A stretch of 60,243 nucleotides of DNA, filler included, from Jimgerdemannia flammicorona (taxonomy: Eukaryota), in the NCBI GenBank assembly GCA_003990765.1. It is 2 parts of 2 records of this genome, joined end to end, with 100 filler letters (N's around TTAATTAATTAA, not from the genome) between each part and the next. Parts side by side here need not be neighbours in the genome. Positions count along the whole stretch, not along the records: positions 1 to 30,073 come from RBNJ01000456.1; positions 30,174 to 60,243 come from RBNJ01000457.1. One strand, given 5' to 3'. Position numbers and translations under genes: made by a program. Position 1 is the first letter of the stretch, and each line of letters starts with the position of its first letter. The notes below the pieces were generated by a model. It was given only the letters and a program-made list of their open reading frames with translations. It did not search any database and was not told the origin of the DNA. Below are positions 24,472 through 39,271 of the stretch, in pieces.

Positions 24472-26462
24472 CACCAATTCAACTAAGCTGGTCTTAGTTT
24501 CTTGAACTTCCTGAAATACAGAAAATCCTAAATATCCAGAACTAGTCCAAAAAAGGACTTTAGTTGAGACATCAATTCAATCTTGAAATCAATAAGCATA
24601 GAGGATATACTCTATATGAAATTGATCTTGACCTTAAGAAAACAGTCTTTCAGAATATCCAGAACTTCCAGAAAACCCTTCCAGAACTACATAACAATTA
24701 CCCTAATAATAACTCTCTTACAGCTGAATATGTATACATTTCTTAGAATTAATGTATATTAGATCTGTCAGAATTAATAACTCAATTCTATATTGATTGA
24801 TTTTATTAAGCTATCAGGATCTCACTTAGGTGAAAATCTTGCTGATATCTTCTTAAAGTATATTAAAGACTTTGGTATATAGACAAACATATATATTTTT
24901 CAAAAAGAGTATTTTCATACTTTCAGATTATTGTTTGATATTTAAAAATTATCATATATTTCAAATTATTTACTCTAGATATTAGCTATAATAATAGACA
25001 ATATAACCAATAATAATGTTTTATTTCAAATAATTCATGAGTTTGATCATATTGGCCTAAACCATCTATCAATACAATATGTATAATATATAGCTCATAT
25101 TATTAATCTGGCTGTTCAGAATTTTTTAACCTATCTGAAGACTGATCAAAATACTATTGATATAACTAAGGGAAGAGAAATTTCAAAACTTCAAATGATT
25201 ATTACAAAGATTCAATCATCTTTACTGTATCAAGAGGAATTTGTTAAGAAGACTCAAACCAAAAGAACTTATTTTAGATATCAAAACTTGATAGAATTCA
25301 ACATATTCTATGATTGAGCAGATCTTAAAATTTTCAAATATAAGTCTTTTATTCATTTTTAAATTTGATTCAATATTCAATTTAAAATTCAATTCAAATA
25401 ATCTAATAAATTTATTTTCTATAATATATAGCCTTTAACTGCAACTGTTATTACAGATAAAGACTTAAGAAAATATGCTATTGAGAGCTATACTTGAGAA
25501 ATATTGAAAGATACTATGGAAATTTTAAAGAGCTTCAAAATGGTAACAGATCTTACTACTCAAGAAAAATATCCAACAATCTATTCTACTGTTCTGATTT
25601 ACAATTTCTTACTAGATATATTAGAAGAGCATGATGAGAAGATTTAAAAAACTACAGATGAGTAATCAAATACTATAGGAGAGTAATTAAATATTATTAA
25701 AGAGCAATCAAATACTATTCATCTAGTACTAATAGCAGCTATTGATAAGTTGAAAATATATTATTCAATAACAGATATTCTAACTTATTATATTAGTACT
25801 AGTAAGTAAAATTTTGAAACTCAAGAACTATATGAATTTTACATTTCAAATTTTTATATTTTCAATTTATTTTTCTTCAAATATACTAGTACTTGACCCC
25901 AGACTTAAACTATCATATTATATATCTCATGAATAGGAGTCTGAATGGATTGAGGCTGTCAAGAGAGCTATTTATATAACTTATGATGAAACCTACATCT
26001 CTCTCCCTTGATTAGTTTATCAAGAATAGTCTAATACATATTATAGATACTGAAATCAATGATATTAATACTGCATTATAATAATATATATTCAATAAAA
26101 GACAAAAACTGATGGCAAACCCTGAGCACAAGGTGGATATTTATTTAATAAGTGAAATTGTTGAATATCTGATAAAAATCGATATATTATCTTGGTGGTA
26201 AGTTGAGACTTTAATTTGAATTGTATTTAAATTGAATTATATTTAATTCAAATCAAAATATATTCAAAAACATTAGGGCTATATTGGAGATTTCCCAAAT
26301 CTAGTAAAAATAGCATGAGACTATTTAGCCATCTCAGCAATAAGTACTCTAATTGAGAAAATCTTTTCTAATGGTAGGAATTTTATATCACTTAAAAGAG
26401 GTGCTTTAAAACTGGAAACAATTCAGGAATATATGTGTTTAAAGGCATGGCAATTAGCCTAG
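24472..26462 (+). pseudogene. hAT transposase, decayed, with several short AT-rich introns
   Basis: LIDFIKLSGSHLGENLADIF, IAHIINLAVQ, T*NSTY, LDPRLKL, and dimerisation domain FPNLVKIA*DYLAISA..IEKIFS..LETIQEYMCLKAW. Intron-like segments at ~25802-25889 and ~26198-26277. Confidence 0.85.
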
Positions 26463-26661
26463 TACTAGTCAACCCCAAAATCTTAAAATATAATTATTTT
26501 TATATAATTAAATTGAAATACTTATCATAAAATCCCTCTGATATGGTACTTTGAAAGTAGGTGTTGGAAAGCTTAAGATATGGCAGATACTTTAAAAGCA
26601 AGTACTTTGAAAGCTTAAAATATAGCAGGCATTTTGAAAGTGAGACAGATATTGTCAGAGT

Positions 26662-27121
26662 TAGTACTCCTAACAAATCGAATTGAATTAAATTGGACCT
26701 AAATTTGATTCAATTTAAAAACTTCAAATCAAATTGAGGCCCAATTCAATTCAAATCAATTCAAATTGAGGTCCAATTCAATTCAAGGTCCAATTAAAAC
26801 TCTATTTTTAGAAATTAAATAACTTGATGAATATACATCCAAATTCAATGCTCTTTAGCTTGTTAGATTCCTATTATATAGGGAAATCTAACAGGCTAAT
26901 GATCATTGAATTTGGACATATATTCGTCGAGTTATTACATTTCTAAAAATATGTTTTGAATCAGACCCTCAATTCAATTTGAATTTGATTCAATTTGAAC
27001 TCAATTTGAATTTAATTCGATTTGAACTCAATTTTGAATTGAAAAATCCCCAATTCGATTTAATTTGAATAATCCTCAATTTGATTCAATTTAAATTGAT
27101 TCAATTCATTTGGGAGCACTA
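26662..27121. mobile_element. hAT-family MITE copy 1
   Basis: TIR TAGTACTCC…GGGAGCACTA. 8-bp TSD gtcagagt/gttagggt. Internal palindrome. Confidence 0.85.
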
Positions 27122-27363
27122 GTTAGGGTGGATACTTTGAAAGTAGGATAGATATCATCAAAGTATCATAGATATGGTCATGAGTTATGGGAATTATACT
27201 AAGAGTTGTGTCGAAAACAGAAAGCTTAAGATATGGCAAGTGCTTCAAAAGTGGATAATTTGAAAACTTAAGATATAGCAGATATGGGCACTTTGAAAGC
27301 TTAAGATATGGTGGAAACTCTAATCTAAAATATATAAATGAGTATTTCTAATATGAAAATTTC

Positions 27364-27400
<37 letters not shown>

Positions 27401-27456
27401 CCTCTTCCTCTCCCTATATCAATCTTCATATACTTATTAAAGATCTTACCAGAGCA

Positions 27457-28014
27457 TTGCAGAAAATAAACCAGAGAATCTATAAAGTCTTCAGCCAGCT
27501 TAATGAAGAAAACAAGTCTAGAGTTAAATATAAGAAAATAAGAATGAAGATTACTGAGGTGATTCAAGAATTCGATCTAGATATAAATAAAGCATTCAAG
27601 GCCAAACCTACTACTACTGCTATTGATCTAGATATAGATGAAGTATTTGAGACTGAACCTACTGTTACTACTACTACTACCCTAAATACTACTGCTGCCA
27701 TAGTCTCCAACACTGCTATAGTCCCCAATGCTACTACTGTCATAGCCTCCAATACTGCCACTACTATAGTCCCCAATACTGCCACTGCTATAGCCCCCAA
27801 TACTACTGCCCCCAATGCTGCTACCATTGATATTTCAGACTCAGACATTGAAGTGGAGGATGATGTACTTACTACTATTGAGATTTCAGATTTAGACATT
27901 AAAGTGGAGATCAATAATATGTTTGAAATTTCTGATAATAATACTCCAGATATTATAATTTTGAGTGATGAGGAGGTTCCAGTTTCAAAAAGAGATCATC
28001 TATATATCAGTTGA
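27457..28014 (+). other. Low-complexity Thr/Ala/Asn repeat ORF inside the hAT 3' region
   Basis: 185-aa frame with repeated (I/V)(V/A)PNTAT units and duplicated IDLDIDE / IEISD motifs, preceded by a poly(A) run. Confidence 0.35.
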
Positions 28015-28608
28015 GGCAATATAGAAAGAAATATAGTATAATATCTCAAATTTGTCAGAAGATCAACCCCTTGACTCTGAATCTATCTCTCTAAAAAAAA
28101 GCATACAATAATACTCATTGAGCAGTAGTAGCTAGATATAAGAGAAATCATTAATAGCCTATATTATTGATAGTCTAGTCTGTATATTGTAATTAATAAA
28201 ATTTTTATAATATTATTATTCAAATAAAGCCTCCATTTGATTCAACCCTAATTAAATCAAAGCTCTATTCGATTTGACTTTAATCAAATTAAAACTCCAT
28301 TCAATTTGACCCTAATTGAATTAAGGCTCCATTTGATTTGACTTTCATTCAATTTGACTTCTATTTGACTTGAAAAAATCTCAATTCAATTTGACTTTTC
28401 AGATCTCTCATTCAATTTGACTCAATTTCATTTGATTCATTTGTAAGCACTAATTATAATCTTTGAATAATATTACAATTAAAATATTACATAATGTAGC
28501 TTATAATAATTTATAGCTTAAATTTTATAGTTTTTAAGCTAACATATCTTATTATTATTATTTAACAATTTAAAATAAAAATATCTATTATTGATAAAGT
28601 TAAAAGAT

Positions 28609-30050
28609 GTTTTTTTTTTTTTGATAAGTAAATTTACCTATATTATAGTCTAAGGGTTAGAGCAGGTCCTATAATCTTTTTAGATTATTCATATTCTTAT
28701 TAGAGCTTCTTGATTTGTTTGAAGAAATGATTTCTTTTAAAAGAGATTATATTGAAGTAGTCAGCAATCAATATTACTTCTTTAATAGTATTTGGATCTT
28801 ATAGTTCTACTTCTTGTCTGATATAATCCTTGAGTCTTTATATATATCTATTAAGCTTTTCAGCTTTGCTGATATTATCAATCTTTAAGACTATACTTAT
28901 AAAGATAGTAGTATAGATCTTAACTGATCCTATTTAATATAGATATGCTAATTTATCTCAAGCTATTTTTTTGAGTTAATGAGCTTAAATTACTATATAA
29001 GTTAATCTTAAAACTTGTCCTAGTTTGGAAGGTTTTTTTTTTTTTTTTTTTTTTGTTTTGTTGGAATTTTTTTTTTTTTTTTATTTCTGGCTAGTTGGAA
29101 TTTTATTTTCTACTAAATAGCTATATCTCCTCATAGTAGTACTCTTGTATAAGCAACTGACTTATTATTTGATATATTTATTATTATTAAGTATTGGTTT
29201 ATATTAAATAGCTAAGTTTCAATATCACTACTTCTTCTATTATAGAGTTCAGATAACAATAACTTGAGGTAAGTCTTTTTATCTATAATAGAGAGATCTG
29301 CTTTTGATCTTTTATCTTTAGAACCTGATGCTATCTCTATTACTTATATTTTTACTTATATCTCTTGATAGATCTGTATTAGTTATACTACTTATTCTTA
29401 GAGATATTATATATCTTTGTAGAAGTCATAATATCAAAAAAAGTTTGTACTAATAAGGAGTGAGATTTAACTTTTCTACTACTATCAATTATAATAAACA
29501 TATATATTATAAAGAACAATTATACTTATTGAAGTATAAGAGTATTTTAATATAGTTAAGTCAGATGAAATCTGAGACTTAGACTATATGTCAATAAATG
29601 TTCAAATAGAAATATATAACTAAATTTAAGAAATAGAACTTGAGAAGTAAATATTTATACAAAAGAGATAGAAAGAAAAAGAAACAGATAGAATATTACT
29701 AAGCTAGATGCTAAGCAATGAGTTATACTTAGTGAAACTTAGTAGAATATTATAGAGAGTTACCAAGTATCAATTAGTAATTAATGGAATCTTGGCAGAA
29801 CTATTTAGAAACAGGGTTTTGGCAAATAACTAAGTAATTCCATACTATTCTAAGCTATTCTGGAATATTCTACTAAATAATATAATAAAGAAAAGATAAT
29901 AATTTAGTAAAAAGAAAAATAGAATATAGAGGATTATTATACTCCTTGAGATTTTTAATTATTATATAGTAATTTATTCTTATCTAAATAAGATTTCTTT
30001 ATAATATTTCAGATCTGTCAGCTTTTCTTTTATATTATCTCTATTGACTT
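28609..30050 (-). mobile_element. Heavily decayed LINE-like remnant(s) with poly(A) tail
   Basis: T-tract at 28609-28622 followed by a 3'-end motif shared in inverted orientation with 30840-30886. No readable ORF. Confidence 0.35.
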
Positions 30051-30073
30051 TTTTTTTTTTTTTTTTTTTTTTT

Positions 30074-30173
30074 NNNNNNNNNNNNNNNNNNNNNNNNNNN
30101 NNNNNNNNNNNNNNNNNTTAATTAATTAANNNNNNNNNNNNNNNNNNNNNNNNNNNNNNNNNNNNNNNNNNNN
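30074..30173. other. Assembly gap / artificial contig linker
   Basis: N44-TTAATTAATTAA-N44, 100 bp in total, with stop codons in all six frames. Confidence 0.97.
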
Positions 30174-31090
30174 TTTTTTGCAAAAATTCTCTCTTTACTA
30201 ATATTTTTATTATTAATATTATAAAGTTAAGAAATAATTATAATAAAATATTTTAAACAAATATATATGTATATATATTAAAATAATAATAATTAATTAA
30301 TTTATCAAAAATATATTTATAAAATATTAGCAGTCTTATATCAATCTTATCTAAATAAGTATCTTGAGTTGATTTAAATAAGTATTCAGATATTAGTAGA
30401 TATTTATTATTTAGCTTAAAAGTGAGAAATTTATCTTAAATTATTAGTTAATAGATACTAAGTTATATTATAGTAAATACTTAATTTGAGAAATATATAT
30501 AGTAGTTTTTTTATATTACTTTCTTAGTCTTCTTGACTTCTCAAAGTCCTCAGTAAGAGATTCAGATAGGGTTTGAAGTATATCTACTTGTATATAACAA
30601 ATTATTATATATAAGTTATCAGAATTTCTAATAGAAATTTCTATAGAATTTTTAACTAGTAGTTATAGATATCAAATATAATATAACTATATATAGATAT
30701 ACCCAGCATACTATATTTAGTTATAGCTTTAAATCTGTATAAATATTCTCTATATTGAATATATTATAATTTCAGTTTTACTTTCTCTAAATATAAAAAT
30801 AAAGTAGTATTCTTTTTATAGAATCCTCAGATCTAACTTATTAACCCTTAAACTATAATATAGGTAAATTTATCTACAAAAAAAATAATCTATAATATAT
30901 ATATATATATATATATATACTTTTATTAATAAATATAAGATTGAAAAAAAAATTTAAAAATATTAAAAAATTAATTTTTTGAAATAAATATAGTTAAAAA
31001 AAAAAGTTTGAAAATTTAAGACAAATTTGCCTGCAAAAATATATAACCTATTAGTTAATGATTCTAAGTCTAATTAACTTGAAATATAAA

Positions 31091-34000
31091 TATAAGTTCT
31101 AGTTTCTTTAAGAGGAAGTAGCTAAGACTAGTAATTTTGATAGATCTAAAGTAGCTTAAAGATATACTTATAGGTTTAAGGATTCTCAAATGAATTCTGA
31201 GAGAAAATATTCTAAGCTTTATTTAAGTAGAGAATAAGGATATTTATATAAGATCTGAAAGAAAGATCTGGAAGGATCTTAGAAAAGAAGAGAAAAGCTA
31301 AGAAATAAATTCTCAGTAAAGATAATTAATAGAATTCTACAATATTCTAAAAGATTTTATATATAACTAACTAAGATAAGATACTTAGTACTAAGAAAAG
31401 ACATAAATGTCCTAGTGATGTCTTGGTGCTAAGAAAAGATTTCTAGGCATTCAAGAAGATACTGAAACATAGTAGAATATTTAAGAAAAGATGTCAAAAA
31501 ATACTAAGACTAAGATATGACTATAAAATTATTATATATATCTCTCTCTCCTTAAGAACTAATATTCTTATTGAGTTTTTAAGTTATATAAGACTAAATA
31601 TACTTAACTAAAATTTCTCAAACTTATATTGACATATTGGTAAGGACTAGTTATCCTTATATAGGGCAGAAGGTAGAGAGGTTTGAATCTAACTAGTAGC
31701 TTTATTTCAGTGGACTTCTTGTTTACTAGATATTCTGTTAGTTCTGGAGTTCCAAAGTAAACTTTTGATATATAAGATACTGGTTATTACTATAGGTCAT
31801 CAATAATCCAAAAAAGTCACTATAGGAATTAGGTAATATATTTTATCTCAAAGTCTTGAACTAGGTCTTGAGAGTTCTTGAGATTAATTAGTAATTTTTA
31901 GATAATATCATATTTGGAGTAGTCCATCTACTTGATCAGGTATTTAGAATGATGGTAGCAGATTTATTTATTAAACTTTATACTTAATATGGTCTTCAAT
32001 AATTATAGGAATAGATGGCTTGAGAATTTAACTAAAGTAGGATAATAACTAATTCCAGATCTTAAGATATGATATATAAAAGACTGGGTATATTCTTATG
32101 GTTTCAGATAACTTGAGACAGTAGGAGGATGTAGAGACTTATTTAGTAATCTCAAAGGGTCTAATATACTTGAGTGGAATTTGTTTAATAGATAGTTAAC
32201 TTGGGATTATATTTTGAGATTTTCAGTAAACAGTAGAACTTGATTACTAATAGTATAAATAACATTATAGAGTTTCTTGTCAGTATATTTAGTTTGATAC
32301 TATTGGACTTTCTAGAGATTCATGATAGTAATCTTAAATAGTTCATTCATTTTATTAGTAAGATTCTTGATAGTAGAGACTTATATTTGACTAATTTTCT
32401 TAAAAGGGACTAGACTTACAGAGGTCTCAGAATCTTGACCATAGAGTAGCTGAAAGGAAAAAAGGCTAGTAGATGATTAGATAGAATTGTTATATGCAAA
32501 TTCTATATAAGTCAAGTAATAGCTCTAATTATCTTACTTATTAGAAATATAGTTTCTGAGCATTTGTTCTAAAGTTCTATTCATATACTTAGTTTGTCTA
32601 TCAGTTTGTAGGTAAAAGACAGTAGACATAACCAATTGAGTTTCTAGAGTCTTGAAGAGAGTTTGCCAGAAGTGACTGATGAACTTGGATTATAATTGCT
32701 GATAATTACTTATAGTAGACCATAGTAATAAAAGATAGACTTAAAGAAGATTCTTATAATCTTAGGTATAGTAGTATTGGTGGTAGTTGATTTGGCAAAT
32801 ATAGTTTTAGTCAAGCAGGTAACAAATATGATAATAGTATCAGTACTAGATTAAGTTCATAGTAGTTGAGTTATAAAGTCTATTGTAACTTATTCAAATT
32901 TCTTAGTTAGAATTAGCAGTAGTTATAGCAAACCAGCTAGTACTTGGTTGGTAAACTTATTATGCTAACAGAGATTATAGCTAGTAATATAGTTCTTGAT
33001 TTTCTTAATCATACTTGGCCAATAGTAGTGATACTAGATATTTTTGATAGTTTTCTCAATTCCAAGATAATTAGTAAGTAAGAAGTCATGGTGTTCTTGT
33101 AATATCTTATAGTATAGATTTATATTACTAAGTAGGTAGACTTTGTCTTAATAGTAGATCAGGTTATCCTTGATAGTATATATATCCTTGAACTCATTCA
33201 AGAAAACTCTAGTAACAATAGTGACTTCTTTATAAGCTTGTCTGATTTGGTCTAGAAATTCTGATTGCTAGAGTGACTTATGAGATCTGGGTATCTGAAT
33301 AAAACATCTAGTACTACAAGTGTTTTGTCAGGCTTATAGATAATCATTGAATTGAAAGTTTGAAACTTTAGACTCTACTTGGCTTATAGATATAACAGAG
33401 TAGATTGGGTATTGATATACTTGAATGATTGATAGTCAGTAATAACACTAAACTCAATACTTTCTAGATAGTATTGCTAGTGATCTAGTATATATATTAT
33501 TTCTAGTAGCTCTTTCTTATAGGTGATTAGCTTTTGTTTAGCTAAGGCCAACTTGTAGAACTTAAAGGCAATAGAGCAATGTCCTTTACTATCATCTTAT
33601 AATAAGACTGCTCTAATGGCAAAATTTAATATATCAGTAGTAATGGTAAATTTTAGACTTAGATCTACATTATACAGGACTAGAGTATGGATCAGGTAAT
33701 TCTTGGAAGGCTTGTTGACAAATGAGGTTTCAGGTGTAAAGTATATAGTAATTAGAGTGAGGGGCCTTCCTCATGAGGTTAGTCAGTGGCTCAGCAATAC
33801 TAGAAAAGTTTCTGATAAAGAAATAGTAGTAGTTAGCTAGACCAAGAAAGGAGAGAGTTCTATAAGATTCAATAGAATATGCCATTCTTGAATTGTCTCT
33901 ATCTTGTATAGATCTACTTGAATTCCTTATATAGAGACAATGTGGCCAAGATATTTGACTTATTCTTTGAAGAATTTATACTTTTTAAGCTTTATATAAA

Positions 34001-37000
34001 GCTTGTATTTTCATAATATCTTTTAGACTACTTGGATATACTTGAGGTATTCTTTTTTAGTTATACTAAAGATCAGAATATTGTCAAGATATACTAATAA
34101 GAAGATAAATAGTTAGTCCTTAAATATCTTATTTATAAGAGTCTGGAATGTGACAGATATATTAGTAAGACCAAATGCTGGAACTAGAAATTTGTAGAGT
34201 CCAAAGGGGGTTATAAATGTAGTCTTAGGGATATATTCTAGCTTGATTCAGATTTGGTAGTAATCTGACATGAGGTCAAGCTTGGTGAAGTACTTGGTAT
34301 TCTTGAGAGCATCAAAAATTTGATCAATCAAGAGTAGCAGATATTAGTTCTTGACTATAAGCTTATTAAGTGCTTAGTAGTCTATGTATATTTACAGAGT
34401 ACCATCTTTCTTCTTAATAAATAAGACTGGTGAGCCATAGGGGGACTTGTTTGGTTAAATGGCTCTTTGTATAAGTAACTCTTCTAGTTATTTTTGACTG
34501 CTTTGATCTTAAGAAGTAATATATAGTATATATATTTCTTAGATAGTATAGCCTCTGGGCTCAGTTTGATTTTATAATTAACTTCTCATATAATAGGTAG
34601 ACCAGGTAGCTTATCTGGAAAGATGTCCTTAAATTATTCAAGCAATAACTTGATACTTTTATTGATTGATAGCTTCTTATCTTATTTCTTAGGATAAACT
34701 ATTACAACAAAAGCATATACTGTCTTCTTAAGTACTTTCTTATATTATATGGATTTTGTTCATAGACTTGTCTATTTTGATAGCAATATTGACTTCTTCT
34801 TGAAGTAGGGTAACTTCATTCTTATATTAATTAATATTCAGATTATATTTGGTGAGCCAGGGTTTTTCTAAGATCTAATTATAATCTCCTAGTGATGCAA
34901 CTTTGAAGTCTATTTACTTTCAATATTTCTAGATCTTGATGGATAGTTTGGCTGCAATTGACTCAATAGGATATAGTATATCATCTATAGTAACTATATT
35001 GTCATTCTTGAGTATAGACTTGGTAAGGATCTTGAGGTTTTTGATGAGATTCTAGTTGATGAAGTTTTTTGTAGCCCTGCTATCTATGAGTACTTGAACT
35101 TTTTTTTTTTTTACTAAACCCTTGAAAATGAATATAACTTGAGCTCAGTTTTCAGTAAGACTTACTGCTTGATCAGTGCTACCAAAATCTTTCTAGTCTT
35201 GCTTATTTTTAGATAGTTCTTAGACTTCTATGACCTTGGATTGACTGTCTTTTTTTAGGATTATTGGTACAACTCAGTCTCCTTCCTTAACTGTATAGTC
35301 TTGATCCTTCTGATTGATAAGTAAGACTTGAACTTATTCTTGATAATTTGAGTAAATGACATCAGCATCAATATCTAAATAATATTTGATACTGAGTTCT
35401 GATCATAGTGTAATTCTAGCATAATGTTCTTTAGGATATTAAACTGCAATTCCAGTAGATATCAGAGTTTGGCCTTTAGCTGAAATGGTAACTTGCTTGA
35501 TAGAATACAGGTTAAGACCAATGACTTCTTCTAATTAATATTGAGAAATCTGGGCCTTTAGATAAAGCTTCTTGATCTTGAGTTCAGATTAACTGATAGT
35601 GGGGTTAACAGATGTATCTTTAGACAATATGGTGACTGGTCTTAAGAGTTTGCTAGTCTTTCTAGAATATTTGATTGCAATGTGTTCTCTTTGACAATAA
35701 AAGTAATAAGTTTCAGATTTCTTCAGATAGTCTTTTTTTTCTGAAGTAAGCTTGTTATTTTTCTTATTTATAGTATCTAGATCTATTAGTGCTAGCCAAC
35801 TACTTTGGGTTGGTTCTTATGATAGTTCTCAAAATAGTTCTTATAGTATTCTAGTTTAAAGTAGTTACTAAAGATGATGACATCAAAACTATTAGTAATT
35901 TTCATAGCTTTATTGAGAGTCTGTGGCTCTTCTAGCTTAACCTTGACTCATGTATTTCCTTTTAGGCTTCAGATATAGTAGTCTATCTTCTTATCTTCAG
36001 ATATTGCTAGTAGTTTAAATAGAATTAACAAGAATTATATATTATAACTTAGTATAGATTTGAGTTACTTGATTTTTACTAGCTTATCTCTGGCTAATTT
36101 AGTAGTATTAGCAGACTTGAACTGCTGGTGAAGGGCCTTCTTAAAGGATTTCCAATCTTAGATTCTTGTGTTCAAATAAGTAGTAAAGGTTATAATATAA
36201 TTATATTACTAAATAGCTGCATTCTCTTAGGGGAGAATAGTAGCAAATTAGCCTTATATATCTTCTATTTTTATGAGTTCAAAGTATTGGTCCAACTGGA
36301 AGATCCATGCATCTGTGGTCAGTCTTTCTTGGTAATCATCAAAGATATCTGGCTTAAGTAACTGGTGCAATAGCAGGATATGATATGACTGCACTCTTTA
36401 TTTTCTGATAGTCTATTTATACTTAAAGTTATCAAATTTAATGGGCCATAGTAGTAATCATTTCCTCCAGATTGACTTGTAGTTCTATACTATTTGCTTT
36501 TTCTGTAGTAGAGAGGTCTAGATAATAGGCTAGTTCTCTATAGTTTATTTGGACTTATATAACTAATTGTAACTAGTTTCTGAATTTATATAAGGTTTCT
36601 TAATAAGATAAAATATAATAATACTACTACTATCAAGTATAATGATTTTAGTTTCTTTTAGAGGAAGTAACTAAGACTGATAATTCTGACAGGCCTAAAG
36701 TAGCTCAAAGAAATACTTATAGGTTCAAGTATTCTCAAAGAAATTCTGAGAGAAAATATTCTAAGCTTTATTCAAGCAGAGAACAAAGATATTTATATAA
36801 GATCTAAAAGAAAGATCTGGAAGAATCTTAAAAAAGAAGAGAAAAGTCAAGAAATAGATTCTTGGTAAAGATGACTAATAAAATTCTACAATGTTCCAAA
36901 GGTTCTATAACTAGCTAAGATAAGATACTTAGTGCTGAGAAAAGACAAGAATGTTCTAGTGATATCTTAGTATTAAGAGAAGATTTCTAGACATTCAAAA

Positions 37001-37101
37001 GGTACTGAAATATAGTAGAATATTTAAGAAAAGACAAGAAAAGACTAGAGAAAAGATATAAAAAAGTACTAAAACTAAGATATAACTGTGAAATTGTTAT
37101 A
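31091..37101 (-). mobile_element. Complete but very decayed Ty3/Gypsy element (gag-dUTPase-PR-RT-RH-INT, probably chromodomain)
   Basis: LTRs ~31091-31536 and ~36638-37101. PPT at 31540-31555. Minus-strand motifs VQVLIDSRAT (~35085), LVYLDNILIFS (~34085), and dUTPase KIKKL…GLNLYS (35220-35580). Confidence 0.85.
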
Positions 37102-39271
37102 CTAAAAGTGATACTTAAACTATATAGTCACAATAGATAATTAAAACTCAGTACTTTCTCATATAAACTTAGAACTTGGAGCTGATAGTTATTTTGATTA
37201 TCTATAATATATTAATTCTATCAGTATATAGTTTTATTATAATTTGATAGCAGTAGAAGTTACTCCTATCTACAAGCAAGCTTCTTTTAAGAAACCCATC
37301 ATAAATATAGAAAACTTAGTCAAATTACTAATATTATCAGTAATAATCAAAGAATATCTTTACTCTGACTACTCTCTAGAACTAAGCTAAAGAAATCAAT
37401 AGAATTATCACTAAATAGATCAAAATCCATATTAGTAAAGAGGAATTTGACAGACTCAACAACAAAACTATCTAAGAAGTATTTAATATATTTATTATGC
37501 TCAATAAAGAAGTTGCCCATACTCATAGAATTAGAAAGAAATTTGAAAAATTAATTGATAGTTATTTCTATAAAAATATACATTAAAGCTATAAGTAAAT
37601 ATTTTCTTACTATAAAGCTAAGACCTTCCTGAACTATAAAAAATATTACACTAACCAAAAGAAATTCTATCTCTACTACTGAGTCTTCTATATATAAGCC
37701 AAGATAATCTAATAGTGAGGATTATAAACTACTGGAATTAGTAAGTCTCTATTATATTATCTTAATCTAGAATAATAGTTAAAAAAATACCTAAATCTGA
37801 TACTATTGACCCCAGTACTACTATAGACTCATTATTAAGAATATCAAGTCTATCAAAAATCACTATAAGAGATTTAGTAATAACTTTATCAAAACTATCA
37901 ATCTATAAACTGGTTACTAAGTTTATCTAACTTAATATATTATAGAAGAAATAATTATATATTATACTATCTCTAAAGTAATAATATCTGAAAAAAGACT
38001 ACTACTATCCTATTATATAAGTAATAGAATGATATCAGCAGATAAAAAGATAGTATCTCTGACTGACTAAGTAGCCATACTTATCTAAGTCCTTTATCTT
38101 AGTATTGAAATAAATAAACTCATAAAAGGTCTCTAACTTATATCATTTAAAGATAAAACAGACTAAGTAATAATATTTATAAGATAAGTTAATACCAATT
38201 ATCATATTAATAAATGAAATAATAATTGAAATCCAGATAGTACTCTCAATAGTAATAATTACTATAAGATTGAAGATCTCTATATAACTATAGACTTACA
38301 AATAGAGAAGGTTACTACTTATTTACAGATATAGCTACTCAGTGATAGTACAATCTTTCAGTATACCTTCTCATCTGGAAAACCTATATTAAAATTGATA
38401 TACATAAGTGAAGAAGATGACAATCACTCTGACTATGAAGTCTACTTAGCTACTTTAGGCCTAAAAGAGCTGATCATCCAATAGTTTCACAGCTCTGTCC
38501 ATATTACTAAAGTCAGAACTAAGCTCAAGAATCTCTGATTCTATAATAATAGAAAAGAAAACTTAGAAGTATTTATAATAAGATTAAAAATCCTTCTGAA
38601 TACTATAGAAGTATAATATAGTCAATGAGAACATACTCTGAATGAAACCAGAGCAGTATACTTCTTTGATACTATCTCTGGTGTGATGGTACAGCCAAAT
38701 TTGGAAGAAGGAAATAGGGAATAGACACTTGATCGCACCCAGTCCCAAAGTAGTATAGTCTTATAGTTAGCAGTCCTCAATTTCGATATTGTCTAAATTC
38801 TTAGACATTGTCTAAATTTTAGACATTATCCAAATCAAACATCCTGATTTAGTATAGCATTTAGATATTGTCCAAATATTTCGACAAAGTCCAAATAACT
38901 CATTTATTACTTAGCCACCTTCGCATAGCTAGCAAACTTGTATAAATAACCCAGTATCTTGGAGTGAATAAACCTCAGATCGAAATAGTTCAAAGCAAAG
39001 AGATAGCAAAGGAACTAGTAAGCCTGCAGGCAGATACACTTCAAACTCACTCACTCTCTCCTACAACTTCAAGAGACTCTGCAAGAGTCAGAATGGTCAA
39101 GTTTTCAAGATACAGAAATCCGACATACTTTTAAGAGTAAGCATCCACTATGTTACAACTTGGTGCCCATTGGCTGGTGATTCAAGATGAATCCCTCACT
39201 TTCAAGCTGAACAATGAACAACCACCACTATCTGAAGAACCATACAAACTGAGCCCCAATACTCAGACAAG

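Larger units (their letters stand above)
24472..28452 (+). mobile_element. hAT DNA transposon, 5'-truncated, with 3' TIR (…TTCATTTGTAAGCACTA)
   Basis: Transposase remnant, subterminal ATTCAATTTGA-type repeats at 28220-28440, and a TIR related to the MITE TIRs. Confidence 0.75.

Noticed and set aside
26670..28440. Short AATTGA/ATTCGA repeats as a CRISPR array or telomeric repeats
   Set aside because: Irregular pentamer arrays next to hAT TIRs are typical subterminal repeats, with no repeat-spacer periodicity.
30074..30173. TTAATTAATTAA palindrome between N runs
   Set aside because: Artificial contig-joining linker. Adjacency of the two halves is not biological evidence.
28609..30886. Inverted ~40-bp match (28625-28660 versus 30840-30880) as TIRs of one element
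   Set aside because: Each copy abuts an A/T tail like a LINE 3' end, and they lie on opposite sides of the assembly linker.
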